Below are positions 10,181-18,776 of a stretch of DNA of 64,000 bases, piece by piece. The position numbers and the translations under genes are program-made. Every line of letters starts with the position of its first letter. Position 1 is the stretch's first letter. Source of the stretch: Eubacteriales bacterium (GTDB lineage: Bacteria; Bacillota; Clostridia; Oscillospirales; CAG-382). Where the stretch lies: assembly GCA_045592105.1 (NCBI GenBank), contig JAZNUB010000069.1:28141-92140 (forward strand), written 5' to 3'. The notes beneath the pieces are model-generated. The model made no database searches. It was not told the origin of the DNA and saw nothing but the letters and a program-made list of their open reading frames with translations.

Positions 10181-11518
10181 TTACTCCTCTTCGTCCTTAT
10201 CTTTATTCTTTTCATCTACAACTTTTTTTGTAACGCGCGCCCACTCCAAACGGTGGTTGTCAATTTCTTCGCCCTTAATTGAAAGCACGTCGGTTTCAAG
10301 CGTAAAGGTAGTACCGTCCGCAGGTATAGCACCGTACAAACCGAAAGCATAGCCGCCAAGCGTGTCATACTCGTCAACAGGCAGCTCAACATCCAAGGCT
10401 TCGGCAACCTCGTAAAGCATAACGCTGCCGCGTATAATCCAAGTGTCCTCCGACACTGCTTCTATATCGGGTCTTGCTGCTTCTTCGTCGGGGTCATCGT
10501 CAAAATCACCCATAATTTGGGAAAGCAAATCCGTCATCGTAACGATGCCTGCAAACCCGCCGTATTCATCAAGCACAACCGCAAAATGGTTGCGTATTTT
10601 CTTCATCTGTTTAAACAACACGTCCGCCTTGATGCTTTCAGGCACGAAATGCGCGGCGCGTACAGCGTTTTGCATAACAAGCTTTTTGTTGTTTCTGTCC
10701 TTTAGCGCAAAGTAGTCCTTAGCGCACAAAACGCCTTTTATCTCGTCAACCGTTTCGCCGCAAACGGGGTAGTAGGAAAAACGGTTTTCTATAATAATCT
10801 TTTCCCATTCCGCCATACTGTCCTCCTCCCAAAGAAAGGCAACGTCAGTACGGTGTGTGGCAAACTCGCCAACGGGCAAATCGTCAAACTCAAAGAGGTT
10901 ATGTATAATCTCTTTTTCGTCGTCGTCGATAATACCCATACGCGTGCTTTCGTCCACCATTAGCTTAATATCGTCCTCGCTTGCTGCCTCCTCTGTTTCC
11001 TTGGGGTCTATCCCCATAAGGCGCAAAACGCCGTTGGTGGAAACGGAAAGGAACCACACGATGGGCGCGGTTAAAGTTGCAACGAACCTTAAAAGCCCAC
11101 TCAAAGCAAGTGCCATCTTTTCCGACTTCTTCATTGCAACGCGCTTTGGAACCAGCTCACCGAAAACAAGCGTGATATACGAAAGCAGTACCGTTATAAT
11201 GATAACGGAAACGGTGTTGGCGGCGGAGGCATCAAGCCCCCAATTTTCAAACAGCGGGTTGAGGTAAACGGCAAAGTTGCTTGCCGCAAACGCACTGCCC
11301 AAAAAGCCCGCAAGGGTAATGGCAACCTGTATTGTTGCCAAAAAGCGTGATGAATCTGTTGTTAATTTTTCCAACCGTGCGGCGCGTTTATCGCCCTTTT
11401 CCTTCATTTGGGCAATTTTTGCGTCATTCACGGACAGCACCGCAATTTCGGCACAGGCAAAGATTGCATTAAGCGCAATCATAACGAATTGAAAAATAAT
11501 AGGGCCAACAATGTCCAT
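10181..11518 (-). CDS. CNNM/CorC-type hemolysin-family membrane protein (DUF21 + CBS pair + CorC_HlyC)
   Basis: N-terminal DUF21 (NAIFACAEIAVLSV), LVFGELVPKR, a CBS region (FAVVLDEYGGFAGIVTMTDL) and a C-terminal CorC domain. It is first in an apparent CNNM-pit-DUF47 operon. Confidence 0.85.
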   Translation of the reverse strand: MDIVGPIIFQFVMIALNAIFACAEIAVLSVNDAKIAQMKEKGDKRAARLEKLTTDSSRFLATIQVAITLAGFLGSAFAASNFAVYLNPLFENWGLDASAANTVSVIIITVLLSYITLVFGELVPKRVAMKKSEKMALALSGLLRFVATLTAPIVWFLSVSTNGVLRLMGIDPKETEEAASEDDIKLMVDESTRMGIIDDDEKEIIHNLFEFDDLPVGEFATHRTDVAFLWEEDSMAEWEKIIIENRFSYYPVCGETVDEIKGVLCAKDYFALKDRNNKKLVMQNAVRAAHFVPESIKADVLFKQMKKIRNHFAVVLDEYGGFAGIVTMTDLLSQIMGDFDDDPDEEAARPDIEAVSEDTWIIRGSVMLYEVAEALDVELPVDEYDTLGGYAFGLYGAIPADGTTFTLETDVLSIKGEEIDNHRLEWARVTKKVVDEKNKDKDEEE

Positions 11519-11760
11519 AGTAAATTTGTATTTCCTCCGTAATTAATATTAACCTTAAATTGAATAAGATTATAAACGTGCTTTAAAAGCTTGGGTATCA
11601 ATCGAAGGTGTTGAGGGAGGAATAACAACCGTTATTAACCCTTGCCAAAAGTGAAGTGCAATTTTGCACAAAGAATCTGAAGCAGTATAAGTTTCCCGCC
11701 CCAGGGTCGTTGTCGCTCATAAACCAAATTTCTCCTTTTTACATATTTTTATGGATGTAT
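11519..11760 (-). promoter_or_regulatory. Long (~230 nt) structured 5' leader of the CNNM operon, class unknown
   Basis: A minus-strand TATAAT at about 11768-11773 is the best -10. The leader contains hairpins GTGCA-AAAT-TGCAC and AATAAC-GGTT-GTTATT. A CCUCCC tract (+ strand 11615-11620) is complementary to the SD GGAGG (+ strand 11534-11538), which sits an unusual 15 nt from the ATG. Confidence 0.3.
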
Positions 11761-11868
11761 TATATTGTGTAATTGAGTATACTTAATTAACAGTTTTTGT
11801 CTTATTTATTAATTTTGAGGCATTCATCAATATATTAAAGGCTTTAAAGCGAAACATTTGAAAAGATA

Positions 11869-11897
11869 TTGACAAAAGCAAATAAAAGTGCTATATT
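11869..11897 (+). promoter_or_regulatory. Sigma-A type promoter (TTGACA-17-TATATT)
   Basis: TTGACA 11869-11874, 17-nt spacer, TATATT 11892-11897. It drives the leader of the P-type ATPase. Confidence 0.6.
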
Positions 11898-11936
11898 TTC
11901 CATATAAATAATACAACAAAGCAGTATAATAGCTGT

Positions 11937-12025
11937 TATGGGGGAGTAATTCCGCACCACAAGTGCGGGGCAGGTCAACAGCAAGGCGGTATCGCCTGGT
12001 CTGCCATTAAAGGATGAGACTCATA
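11937..12025 (+). ncRNA. Probable yybP-ykoY (Mn2+) riboswitch aptamer
   Basis: UAUGGG...CUCAUA forms P1. 5' GGGGAGUAA matches consensus GGGGAGUAG and 3' GGAUGAGAC matches consensus AGCAAGACC. Internal hairpins are CCGCAC/GUGCGG and GGCG/CGCC within GGCAG/CUGCC. The downstream gene class (P-type ATPase) is a known partner. Confidence 0.55.
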
Positions 12026-12053
12026 TACGTTTAGTATATGGGCTTTGTTTTTT
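12022..12053 (+). terminator. Intrinsic terminator / expression platform of the riboswitch
   Basis: CATATAC-GTTTA-GTATATG followed by GGCTTTGTTTTTT. Its 5' arm overlaps the 3' strand of the aptamer P1, so the two are mutually exclusive, consistent with an ON switch. Confidence 0.6.
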
Positions 12054-12067
12054 AAGGAGGTTTTCTT

Positions 12068-14707
12068 TTGAAAGAGTATTTGAAAGGTGTTGAGCAGGTT
12101 TTAGATGATACAAAAACCTGTGTAAACGGTCTTAGCACGGGCGAAGCGCAGGAAAGGCTTGCGAAGTACGGCCCGAACAAGCTAAAGGAAGGCAAAAAGG
12201 TTTCACTTATCCGCCGCTTTTTCGGTGAGCTGGCAGACCCGATGATTATTATATTGATAGTTGCCGCGGCAATATCGGGCGTAATGGCAGTAATGGAAGG
12301 CGGGGAAGGAATAGCCGATGTTATCATTATTATGGCGGTTGTTCTGATAAACGCCGTACTTGGCGTTGTTCAGGAAAGTAAGGCTGAAGCGGCAATAGCC
12401 GCATTGCAGGAGATAGCCGCAGCAACCAGCAAGGTTGTGCGTGATGGGAACGTTCACACCGTAAGAAGTGAGGAGCTTGTTCCCGGCGATATTATCGTGC
12501 TTGAGGCAGGGGATTCCGTTCCTGCTGATGCAAGGATTATCGAATGTGCAAGCCTAAAAATAGAGGAAGCGGCTTTAACCGGTGAATCCGTACCCGTAAA
12601 TAAGCAGGTAGAAACGCTTACAGCGGGTAGCGGCGGAGACGTGCTGCTTGGCGACCGTAAGAATATGATGTATATGGGCAGTACGGTTGTGTACGGTAGA
12701 GGCAAGGCAGTTGTAGTGGCAACTGGTATGGATACCGAGATGGGTAAGATAGCCGATGCGTTGACTAAGGCAGAGGATGGCGAAACTCCTTTGCAGATGA
12801 AGCTTAACCAGCTTAGTAAAATCCTAACCGTGCTTGTTCTTGTTATTTGTGCCGTTATATTTGGTATACAGCTTTTGCGCGCAGGCGATTTTAACGGCGG
12901 CGTTGTTATTGATACGTTTATGATAGCCGTAAGCTTGGCAGTTGCCGCAATACCGGAGGGCTTGGCGGCTGTTGTTACCATAGTATTGGCTATCGGCGTA
13001 ACCAATATGTCAAAGCGCAAGGCTGTTATCCGCAAGCTTACCGCTGTGGAAACGCTTGGTTGTACACAGATAATATGCTCCGATAAAACGGGTACCTTAA
13101 CGCAGAATAAAATGACGGTTGTGGAAACCGTTGCAGATGATAAAGCACTTCATACAAACGCTATGTCCTTGTGTAGTGATGCTGTGCAGGGTGAGGACGG
13201 AAACGCTGTTGGTGAGCCTACTGAGTGCGCGCTTGTAAATGCCGCAACCGCAGAGGGGCTTCCGAAGAATGAGCAGGCTTTGCTTTATCCCCGAATAGGT
13301 GAGGCACCTTTTGACTCTATGCGTAAGATGATGTCCACGGTTCATAAAACAGGCGATGGTGCGATAGTTCAGTACACCAAGGGCGCACCGGACGAGGTTT
13401 TGAAGCGATGCACAAGCGCTTATTTCGGTGGCAAGGCAGTACCGCTTACTGATGAAATAAGGGCAAATATACTTGCCGCTAATAAAAATATGGCAGATCA
13501 GGCGCTTCGCGTTTTGTGCGCCGCTATGCGCGTTTGGAACGAGGAGCCGTCTTCCTATGAGCCTGAATACCTTGAAGCGGAGCTTTGCTATTTGGGCCTT
13601 TCGGGCATGATAGACCCAATACGCCCCGAGGTTAAGGATGCAATTGTTGAATGCCGTAGCGCGGGTATACGCCCGATAATGATAACGGGTGACCATAAGG
13701 ACACCGCTGTTGCAATAGCAAAGCAGTTGGGCATTCTTGGCGAAAACCAGCGCGCTTTAACAGGTGCGGAGCTTAACGAGCTTTCGGACGAGTATTTGAC
13801 AGAGCATATAGCTGATTATTCCGTATATGCACGCGTTCAGCCCGAGCATAAGGTGCGTATAGTTAAGGCGTGGCGTGATAACGGTTATATCACCGCTATG
13901 ACAGGTGACGGTGTAAACGATGCACCCTCTATTAAAATCGCGGATATAGGCGTTGGTATGGGTATAACGGGTACAGACGTTACTAAAAACGTTGCCGATA
14001 TGGTGCTTGCAGACGATAACTTTGCAACCATAGTTTCCGCTGTTGAAGAGGGCAGAAGAATATACGATAATATACGAAAAGCAATACAGTTCCTTCTTTC
14101 CTCTAACCTTGCAGAGGTGTTTGCAATATTCGTTGCCACACTTATAGGCTTTACGGTTCTTGAAGCACCGCATTTGCTGTGGATAAACCTTGTAACGGAT
14201 TCGCTCCCTGCGCTTGCTTTGGGTATGGAGGCTGCAGAGGGTGATATTATGAGGCGTAAACCCCGTAATCCCAAAGAAGGCATTTTCTCCGGCGGCTTGG
14301 GCTTTGACGTTGTGTTCCAGGGTATAATAGTTGCAACGCTAACTTTAACCTCGTTCTTTGTTGGACATTATATAGAATTTGGCAACTTTGAAATAGGCAA
14401 TAGCGCAGTTGGTACAACTATGGCGTTCTTAACGCTTTCATTGGTAGAGATAATCCATTCCTTTAATATGCGTTCCAGAAGAAAGAGCGTGTTTGCGCTT
14501 AAATCGCACAACAAGGTGCTTTGGGGTGCTATGCTACTTTCTTTGGTGCTTACCACGCTTGTTGCGTTCGTTCCTTTCTTGCAAAAGGCATTTGGCTTCT
14601 ATCAGGGCTTAACCTTTAAAGAATACGCAATAGCGCTTGGCATTGCTGTTTTGATACTTCCCATAATAGAGATAGTAAAGCTTGTTCAACGCTTAGCTAA
14701 AAAATAA
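12068..14707 (+). CDS. Cation-transporting P-type ATPase, P2 (Ca2+/Mn2+, PMCA/SERCA-like)
   Basis: GLSTGEAQERLAKYGPN, TGES.P, ICSDKTGTLTQNKMTV, ITGDH, MTGDGVNDAPSIK.ADIGV.MG. TTG start sits 7 nt after GGAGG. Confidence 0.9.
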   Translation: MKEYLKGVEQVLDDTKTCVNGLSTGEAQERLAKYGPNKLKEGKKVSLIRRFFGELADPMIIILIVAAAISGVMAVMEGGEGIADVIIIMAVVLINAVLGVVQESKAEAAIAALQEIAAATSKVVRDGNVHTVRSEELVPGDIIVLEAGDSVPADARIIECASLKIEEAALTGESVPVNKQVETLTAGSGGDVLLGDRKNMMYMGSTVVYGRGKAVVVATGMDTEMGKIADALTKAEDGETPLQMKLNQLSKILTVLVLVICAVIFGIQLLRAGDFNGGVVIDTFMIAVSLAVAAIPEGLAAVVTIVLAIGVTNMSKRKAVIRKLTAVETLGCTQIICSDKTGTLTQNKMTVVETVADDKALHTNAMSLCSDAVQGEDGNAVGEPTECALVNAATAEGLPKNEQALLYPRIGEAPFDSMRKMMSTVHKTGDGAIVQYTKGAPDEVLKRCTSAYFGGKAVPLTDEIRANILAANKNMADQALRVLCAAMRVWNEEPSSYEPEYLEAELCYLGLSGMIDPIRPEVKDAIVECRSAGIRPIMITGDHKDTAVAIAKQLGILGENQRALTGAELNELSDEYLTEHIADYSVYARVQPEHKVRIVKAWRDNGYITAMTGDGVNDAPSIKIADIGVGMGITGTDVTKNVADMVLADDNFATIVSAVEEGRRIYDNIRKAIQFLLSSNLAEVFAIFVATLIGFTVLEAPHLLWINLVTDSLPALALGMEAAEGDIMRRKPRNPKEGIFSGGLGFDVVFQGIIVATLTLTSFFVGHYIEFGNFEIGNSAVGTTMAFLTLSLVEIIHSFNMRSRRKSVFALKSHNKVLWGAMLLSLVLTTLVAFVPFLQKAFGFYQGLTFKEYAIALGIAVLILPIIEIVKLVQRLAKK

Positions 14708-14721
14708 ACCGAATAACAACG

Positions 14722-14751
14722 ATGGCGGCACAAAATCGTGCCGCCATTTTT
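14722..14751. terminator. Bidirectional rho-independent terminator
   Basis: ATGGCGGCAC / GTGCCGCCAT 10-bp stem followed by TTTTT. Confidence 0.8.
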
Positions 14752-14764
14752 GTATATTGTAATC

Positions 14765-15985
14765 TTATACTTTCGCGTATTCTTTTATTATACCGATAAT
14801 GATATTTACACAGCTTTCCATTTGCTCCGCGGTAGTATGCTCATAAGGCCCGTGGAAGGCAAAACCGCCAGTTCCCAGATTGGGGCAGGGAAGCCCCATA
14901 AAACTAAGCCTTGCACCATCCGTGCCGCCTCTTATGGGAACCTCCTTGGGCGTGATACCAAGGCTTTCCGTAACTCGCTTTGCCGTTTCAACTATGTGGA
15001 AGCAGGGAAGAATTTTTTCCTTCATATTCTTGTACTGCTCCTCTATTGCAAGCCTTGCCGTGTTCTCACCGTATTTTTCATTAATATGCTTTTCTATAAG
15101 CCTTAGGGTGTTAAGCTTTGCTTCAAATGCGGCGGTGCTGTGGTCGCGTACAATATAATAAAGGTGTGCAATTTCAACGTTGCCTTTGATATCACATAGA
15201 TGATAAAAACCCTCGTAGCCCTCTGTTTTTTCAGGCGCCTCACAGGATGGAAGCATGGAGTTTATTTCCATGGCTACAAGCGATGCGTTTACCATAACGT
15301 TTTTTGCACTGCCCGGATGCACGTTTTTGCCGTTAATAGTCCATTCGGCTGAGGCTGCGTTGAAGTTTTCGTATTCAATTTCACCCGCCGCACCTCCATC
15401 AACGGTGTATGCAAAATCAGCACCGAAAAGCTTGGTATCAAAATGGTTTGCGCCCCTGCCTATCTCCTCGTCGGGCGTGAATGCAACGCTTATATTGCCG
15501 TGAGGTATGCTGTTTGTAACGATCTGCTCAAGGGCTGTCATTATATCTGCAATGCCCGCTTTATCATCGGCACCAAGCAAGGTTTCGCCGTTTGTTGTAA
15601 TAAGCGTTTGCCCCTTTAGCGCTTTAAGATGAGGGAAATCCTTTGTTTTTAGCACTCTGCCGCTATCGCCAAGCACAACGTCTTCGCCGTTATAGCTTTC
15701 GTGTATGATGGGGGAACAGCCGTTGCCCTCAAAATCGGGTGCTGTGTCCAAATGTGCTATAAAGCCTATGGAAGATGCTTTTTCATATCCTGCGGTAGAG
15801 GGCAAATGCGCATATACATAGCATTTTTCATCAACGTGGGCATCATTTAGCCCAAGCTCCTTCAGCTCCTTAACAAGTGCTTCTGCAAGTGCAAATTGCG
15901 CTTGTGTGCTGGGCACGGTTTCGCTTGAATCATTGCTTGCGGTGCCAAATTTTACATAGTTTAATAATCTTTCGTGTGCTTTCAT
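14765..15985 (-). CDS. pepT: Peptidase T (tripeptide aminopeptidase, M20B)
   Basis: MKAHERLLNYVKFGTASN..S.TVPST..Q, IGFIAHLDTAPDF and GADDKAGIA. Start trimmed to 15985 (GGAGA RBS); the track extension to 16132 overlaps the upstream gene. Confidence 0.9.
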   Translation of the reverse strand: MKAHERLLNYVKFGTASNDSSETVPSTQAQFALAEALVKELKELGLNDAHVDEKCYVYAHLPSTAGYEKASSIGFIAHLDTAPDFEGNGCSPIIHESYNGEDVVLGDSGRVLKTKDFPHLKALKGQTLITTNGETLLGADDKAGIADIMTALEQIVTNSIPHGNISVAFTPDEEIGRGANHFDTKLFGADFAYTVDGGAAGEIEYENFNAASAEWTINGKNVHPGSAKNVMVNASLVAMEINSMLPSCEAPEKTEGYEGFYHLCDIKGNVEIAHLYYIVRDHSTAAFEAKLNTLRLIEKHINEKYGENTARLAIEEQYKNMKEKILPCFHIVETAKRVTESLGITPKEVPIRGGTDGARLSFMGLPCPNLGTGGFAFHGPYEHTTAEQMESCVNIIIGIIKEYAKV

Positions 15986-15998
15986 TATCGTTCTCCGC

Positions 15999-16406
15999 TC
16001 AACGCTCGCAAAGCGTTGCTTTATTGGTGCTTTCAAAAGCCAAAAGCTCGTTCGCAAACCGTTCAAGGGCTTCTTTGCTGAAATCGTCATAGCGCGTAAA
16101 GGCTTCTGAAACGCTTTCGAAGCTGTAATCATAAAACTTGTATTTGAAAAATATACACGGCTTATCGTTATCGTGGTTATAATGAGCTGTTACAACGAAG
16201 GGAAAAGTAAGCTCTTTTGATCTTGCACGCACTTTCCATTTGCACTTGCGTTTTCCTTTGCTAAGTGCCATAAACATTTTTGCAAGGCGTTTTATACTGC
16301 GCTCCTTTAAGTAAACGCATATCTCGTGCGGGTATCGGCAGGACATATTAACGTAGATTCTGTCCTCAACCCTTTCAAACTGAACAAATTCAGCGTATCT
16401 AAGCAT
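15999..16406 (-). CDS. Hypothetical protein (135 aa), basic central patch
   Basis: It is tightly packed between murC (stop 16409) and pepT (start 15985) on the same strand. I recognise no motif. The central KGKRKCKWKVRARSK patch is strongly basic. Confidence 0.5.
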   Translation of the reverse strand: MLRYAEFVQFERVEDRIYVNMSCRYPHEICVYLKERSIKRLAKMFMALSKGKRKCKWKVRARSKELTFPFVVTAHYNHDNDKPCIFFKYKFYDYSFESVSEAFTRYDDFSKEALERFANELLAFESTNKATLCER

Positions 16407-16408
16407 GG

Positions 16409-17767
16409 CTAAAACAAAAACCGCTCTGCTTTGTCAATATCGCCCGCGCCCATAAACAGCACAATGTCGCCATCCGTTGCGTTTTCCTTTATGTACTTAG
16501 CGATACCCTCGAAGCTGTCGATATACACCCCGTTTTCAACAGCGTTTGCCAAAGCCTCTGAGCTTACGCCGTATATATTGTCCTCTCTTGCAGAGAAAAC
16601 ATCGGCAAACACTTTAACGTCAGCACCGTCGAAAGCTGTAATGAAGCTATCAAAAAAGTCGTGCAGGCGTGAATACGTGTGTGGCTGAAAAACAGTAATA
16701 ATGCGCTTTTTGCCAAGACTTTTGGCAGCAGCAAGCGTGGCTTTTATCTCGTCGGGATGATGTGCATAGTCGTCATAAATAACCGCGCCGTTAAGAGCTC
16801 CCTTGTACTCAAAGCGTCTGCCAACGCCCATAAAGTCCTTAAGCCCCTTTAGTATGGCTTCATCAGGCACTTTGGAGATAAACGCCGCGGCAACAGCCGC
16901 AAGTGAGTTGGATATATTATGCTCACCCGGGATAGAAAGCTCAGCCCTAAACACCTCGCGCTTTTTAAATACAAGCGTGTAAGAGGGGAGCCCGTTTTCG
17001 ATTTTTATATCCTTGGCGTAAAAATCTGCGTTTTCGTCTTTAATTGAGTATGTATAAGTCTTCTTGTTGCAGCCTGCCATACATTCCATTGCGTGCACGC
17101 TGTCTTTGTTTACTATAACACATCCGTTTTCTGCCGTGTTGCTTATAAAGGTTTTAAAGGATTGCTCCATCCTTTCAAGATTGTGGAAAAAATCGGTGTG
17201 GTCCAGCTCTACGTTAAGAACAACGGAAACCGTAGGGTAGAACTGCAAAAAGCTGTCTTTATACTCGCAAGCTTCGAAAACAAAGTTACCGTCGTGACCG
17301 GTGCGGAAGGTGGAGGATATGCTTGGCAATCTTGCCCCGATAAGTATTGTAGGGTCAAAGTCCTTAAAGGAAAGGAATATTTGAGAAAGTATGCCGCAGG
17401 TAGTAGATTTACCGTGTGTTCCTGCAACGGCAATAGAGTTTGGATATTCCTTTGCAATAGCCCCCAAAAGCTCTGCTCTGCTTATTGCGGGTATTCCCGC
17501 TTCGCGTATATAAACCATCTCAGGGTTATCCTCGCTAACAGCGGCGGTATAAACGGCTATATCGCATCCCGCGCAATTATCCTTGCGAGTTTCATAAAAC
17601 ACTTTAATACCTTCAGCTTCAAGGCTTTGGGTGGTATCGCTTTTCCTTCTGTCGTACCCCTTAACTTCTTTGCCGCTACGCTTTAATATAAGCGCTAAGG
17701 AGGACATACTTATACCGCCAATACCCACAAAGTAATAGCTGTTATAATTATTTATATCAAACTGCAA
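16409..17767 (-). CDS. murC: UDP-N-acetylmuramate--L-alanine ligase
   Basis: YYFVGIGGISMSSLA, AVAGTHGKSTT and Mur ligase middle and C-terminal domain motifs (DDYAHHP). Confidence 0.92.
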   Translation of the reverse strand: MQFDINNYNSYYFVGIGGISMSSLALILKRSGKEVKGYDRRKSDTTQSLEAEGIKVFYETRKDNCAGCDIAVYTAAVSEDNPEMVYIREAGIPAISRAELLGAIAKEYPNSIAVAGTHGKSTTCGILSQIFLSFKDFDPTILIGARLPSISSTFRTGHDGNFVFEACEYKDSFLQFYPTVSVVLNVELDHTDFFHNLERMEQSFKTFISNTAENGCVIVNKDSVHAMECMAGCNKKTYTYSIKDENADFYAKDIKIENGLPSYTLVFKKREVFRAELSIPGEHNISNSLAAVAAAFISKVPDEAILKGLKDFMGVGRRFEYKGALNGAVIYDDYAHHPDEIKATLAAAKSLGKKRIITVFQPHTYSRLHDFFDSFITAFDGADVKVFADVFSAREDNIYGVSSEALANAVENGVYIDSFEGIAKYIKENATDGDIVLFMGAGDIDKAERFLF

Positions 17768-17882
17768 TTAAATTCACCTCTGCAAATAATCATAGATATT
17801 ATATAATAACATATAATATGCAAAAATAAAAGAAAAATTTTTGGTTATACTTAATTTGTTATAAAATTAAGGAGTAGATTAA

Positions 17883-18134
17883 ATGAAAATAACAGAAATA
17901 ATCGTAAGAAAGCGTTTTTCGTCCGGTCCGTTATACGCGATAGTAACCGTTATTTTTGACGGTGTGCTGGCGGTACACGATATCAAAGCTGCGAAAAGGC
18001 AAAGCGGAAAGCTTATTGCGGTTATGCCAACGCGCACGGACGCGTTTGGTAAAATCCGCGACGTTGTGCACCCAACGGACGATGAGTTTAGAGAACAGTT
18101 GGAGAGGGAAATAGAAAAGAAGCTGTTTGCGTAG
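17883..18134 (+). CDS. spoVG: SpoVG family protein
   Basis: M.IT...VR......L.A.V.V.FD....VHDIK......G..IAMP.R....G..RD..HP matches the SpoVG pattern. AAGGAG RBS. Confidence 0.75.
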   Translation: MKITEIIVRKRFSSGPLYAIVTVIFDGVLAVHDIKAAKRQSGKLIAVMPTRTDAFGKIRDVVHPTDDEFREQLEREIEKKLFA

Positions 18135-18164
18135 AGAATACTTATTAGTTAAACAGCATGTTTT

Positions 18165-18196
18165 AAAAAACAACCGTTTGTGGCGGTTGTTTTTTA
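18165..18196. terminator. Bidirectional rho-independent terminator
   Basis: AAAAAACAACCG / CGGTTGTTTTTT, flanked by an A-run and a T-run. Confidence 0.75.
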
Positions 18197-18208
18197 ACTG
18201 GATACATT

Positions 18209-18730
18209 TTATTGGTATGAGTAAACTGTTCTGTTGTAGCCGCAAAGAGGGCATTGGTCGGGCGGTGTAGTACCCGTATGGGTGTGCCCGCAAACGCTGC
18301 ATCTCCACACAACGTCCTCGCTTGCTTGATATCTGGTGTTGTCTTTTGTGTTGGACATATATCTGTTTATAATTCTGCTGTGCTCGCCCTCAACATTTCC
18401 TGTGGCGTTAAACATATCTGCAAGCTTTTCATAGCCTTCAAGCTCTGCTCTTGCGGCAAGCTGCGGGTAGGTGTATTTGTATTCTTTCTCTTCGCCGTCA
18501 AAGCTGTTTTTTAAGGCGTTTTCTTCTTCCTCGCCGTTCATTTCTCTGTACCAGTTCCTTGCGTGCGCGTATTCCTCGTCTGCCAATTGCTTGTATAAAC
18601 GTGCAAGGTCGTGGTTGCCGTTGCTTTTGGCGTTGTCTGTTAATATCATATATCTAACGTGCCCTGATGATTCGTGCTCGAACGCTTTCATTAAGTTACC
18701 AAGGCTTTCGCTGTCTTTGTTATAATGCAT
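18209..18730 (-). CDS. rbr: Rubrerythrin family protein (ferritin-like domain + C-terminal rubredoxin-like CxxC..CxxC)
   Basis: EHESSGHVRY and E..EGEH di-iron helices, with C-terminal WRCSVCGH...CPLCG. Confidence 0.85.
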   Translation of the reverse strand: MHYNKDSESLGNLMKAFEHESSGHVRYMILTDNAKSNGNHDLARLYKQLADEEYAHARNWYREMNGEEEENALKNSFDGEEKEYKYTYPQLAARAELEGYEKLADMFNATGNVEGEHSRIINRYMSNTKDNTRYQASEDVVWRCSVCGHTHTGTTPPDQCPLCGYNRTVYSYQ

Positions 18731-18776
18731 AAACTGTCCCCTTTCTTTTTCTATTGACAGTTTATGCTGTTAATCA

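Noticed and set aside
12203-14556. Several 60-200-aa minus-strand ORFs across the P-type ATPase gene
   Set aside because: All are antisense to a gene carrying the full set of P-type ATPase motifs, so they are shadow ORFs.
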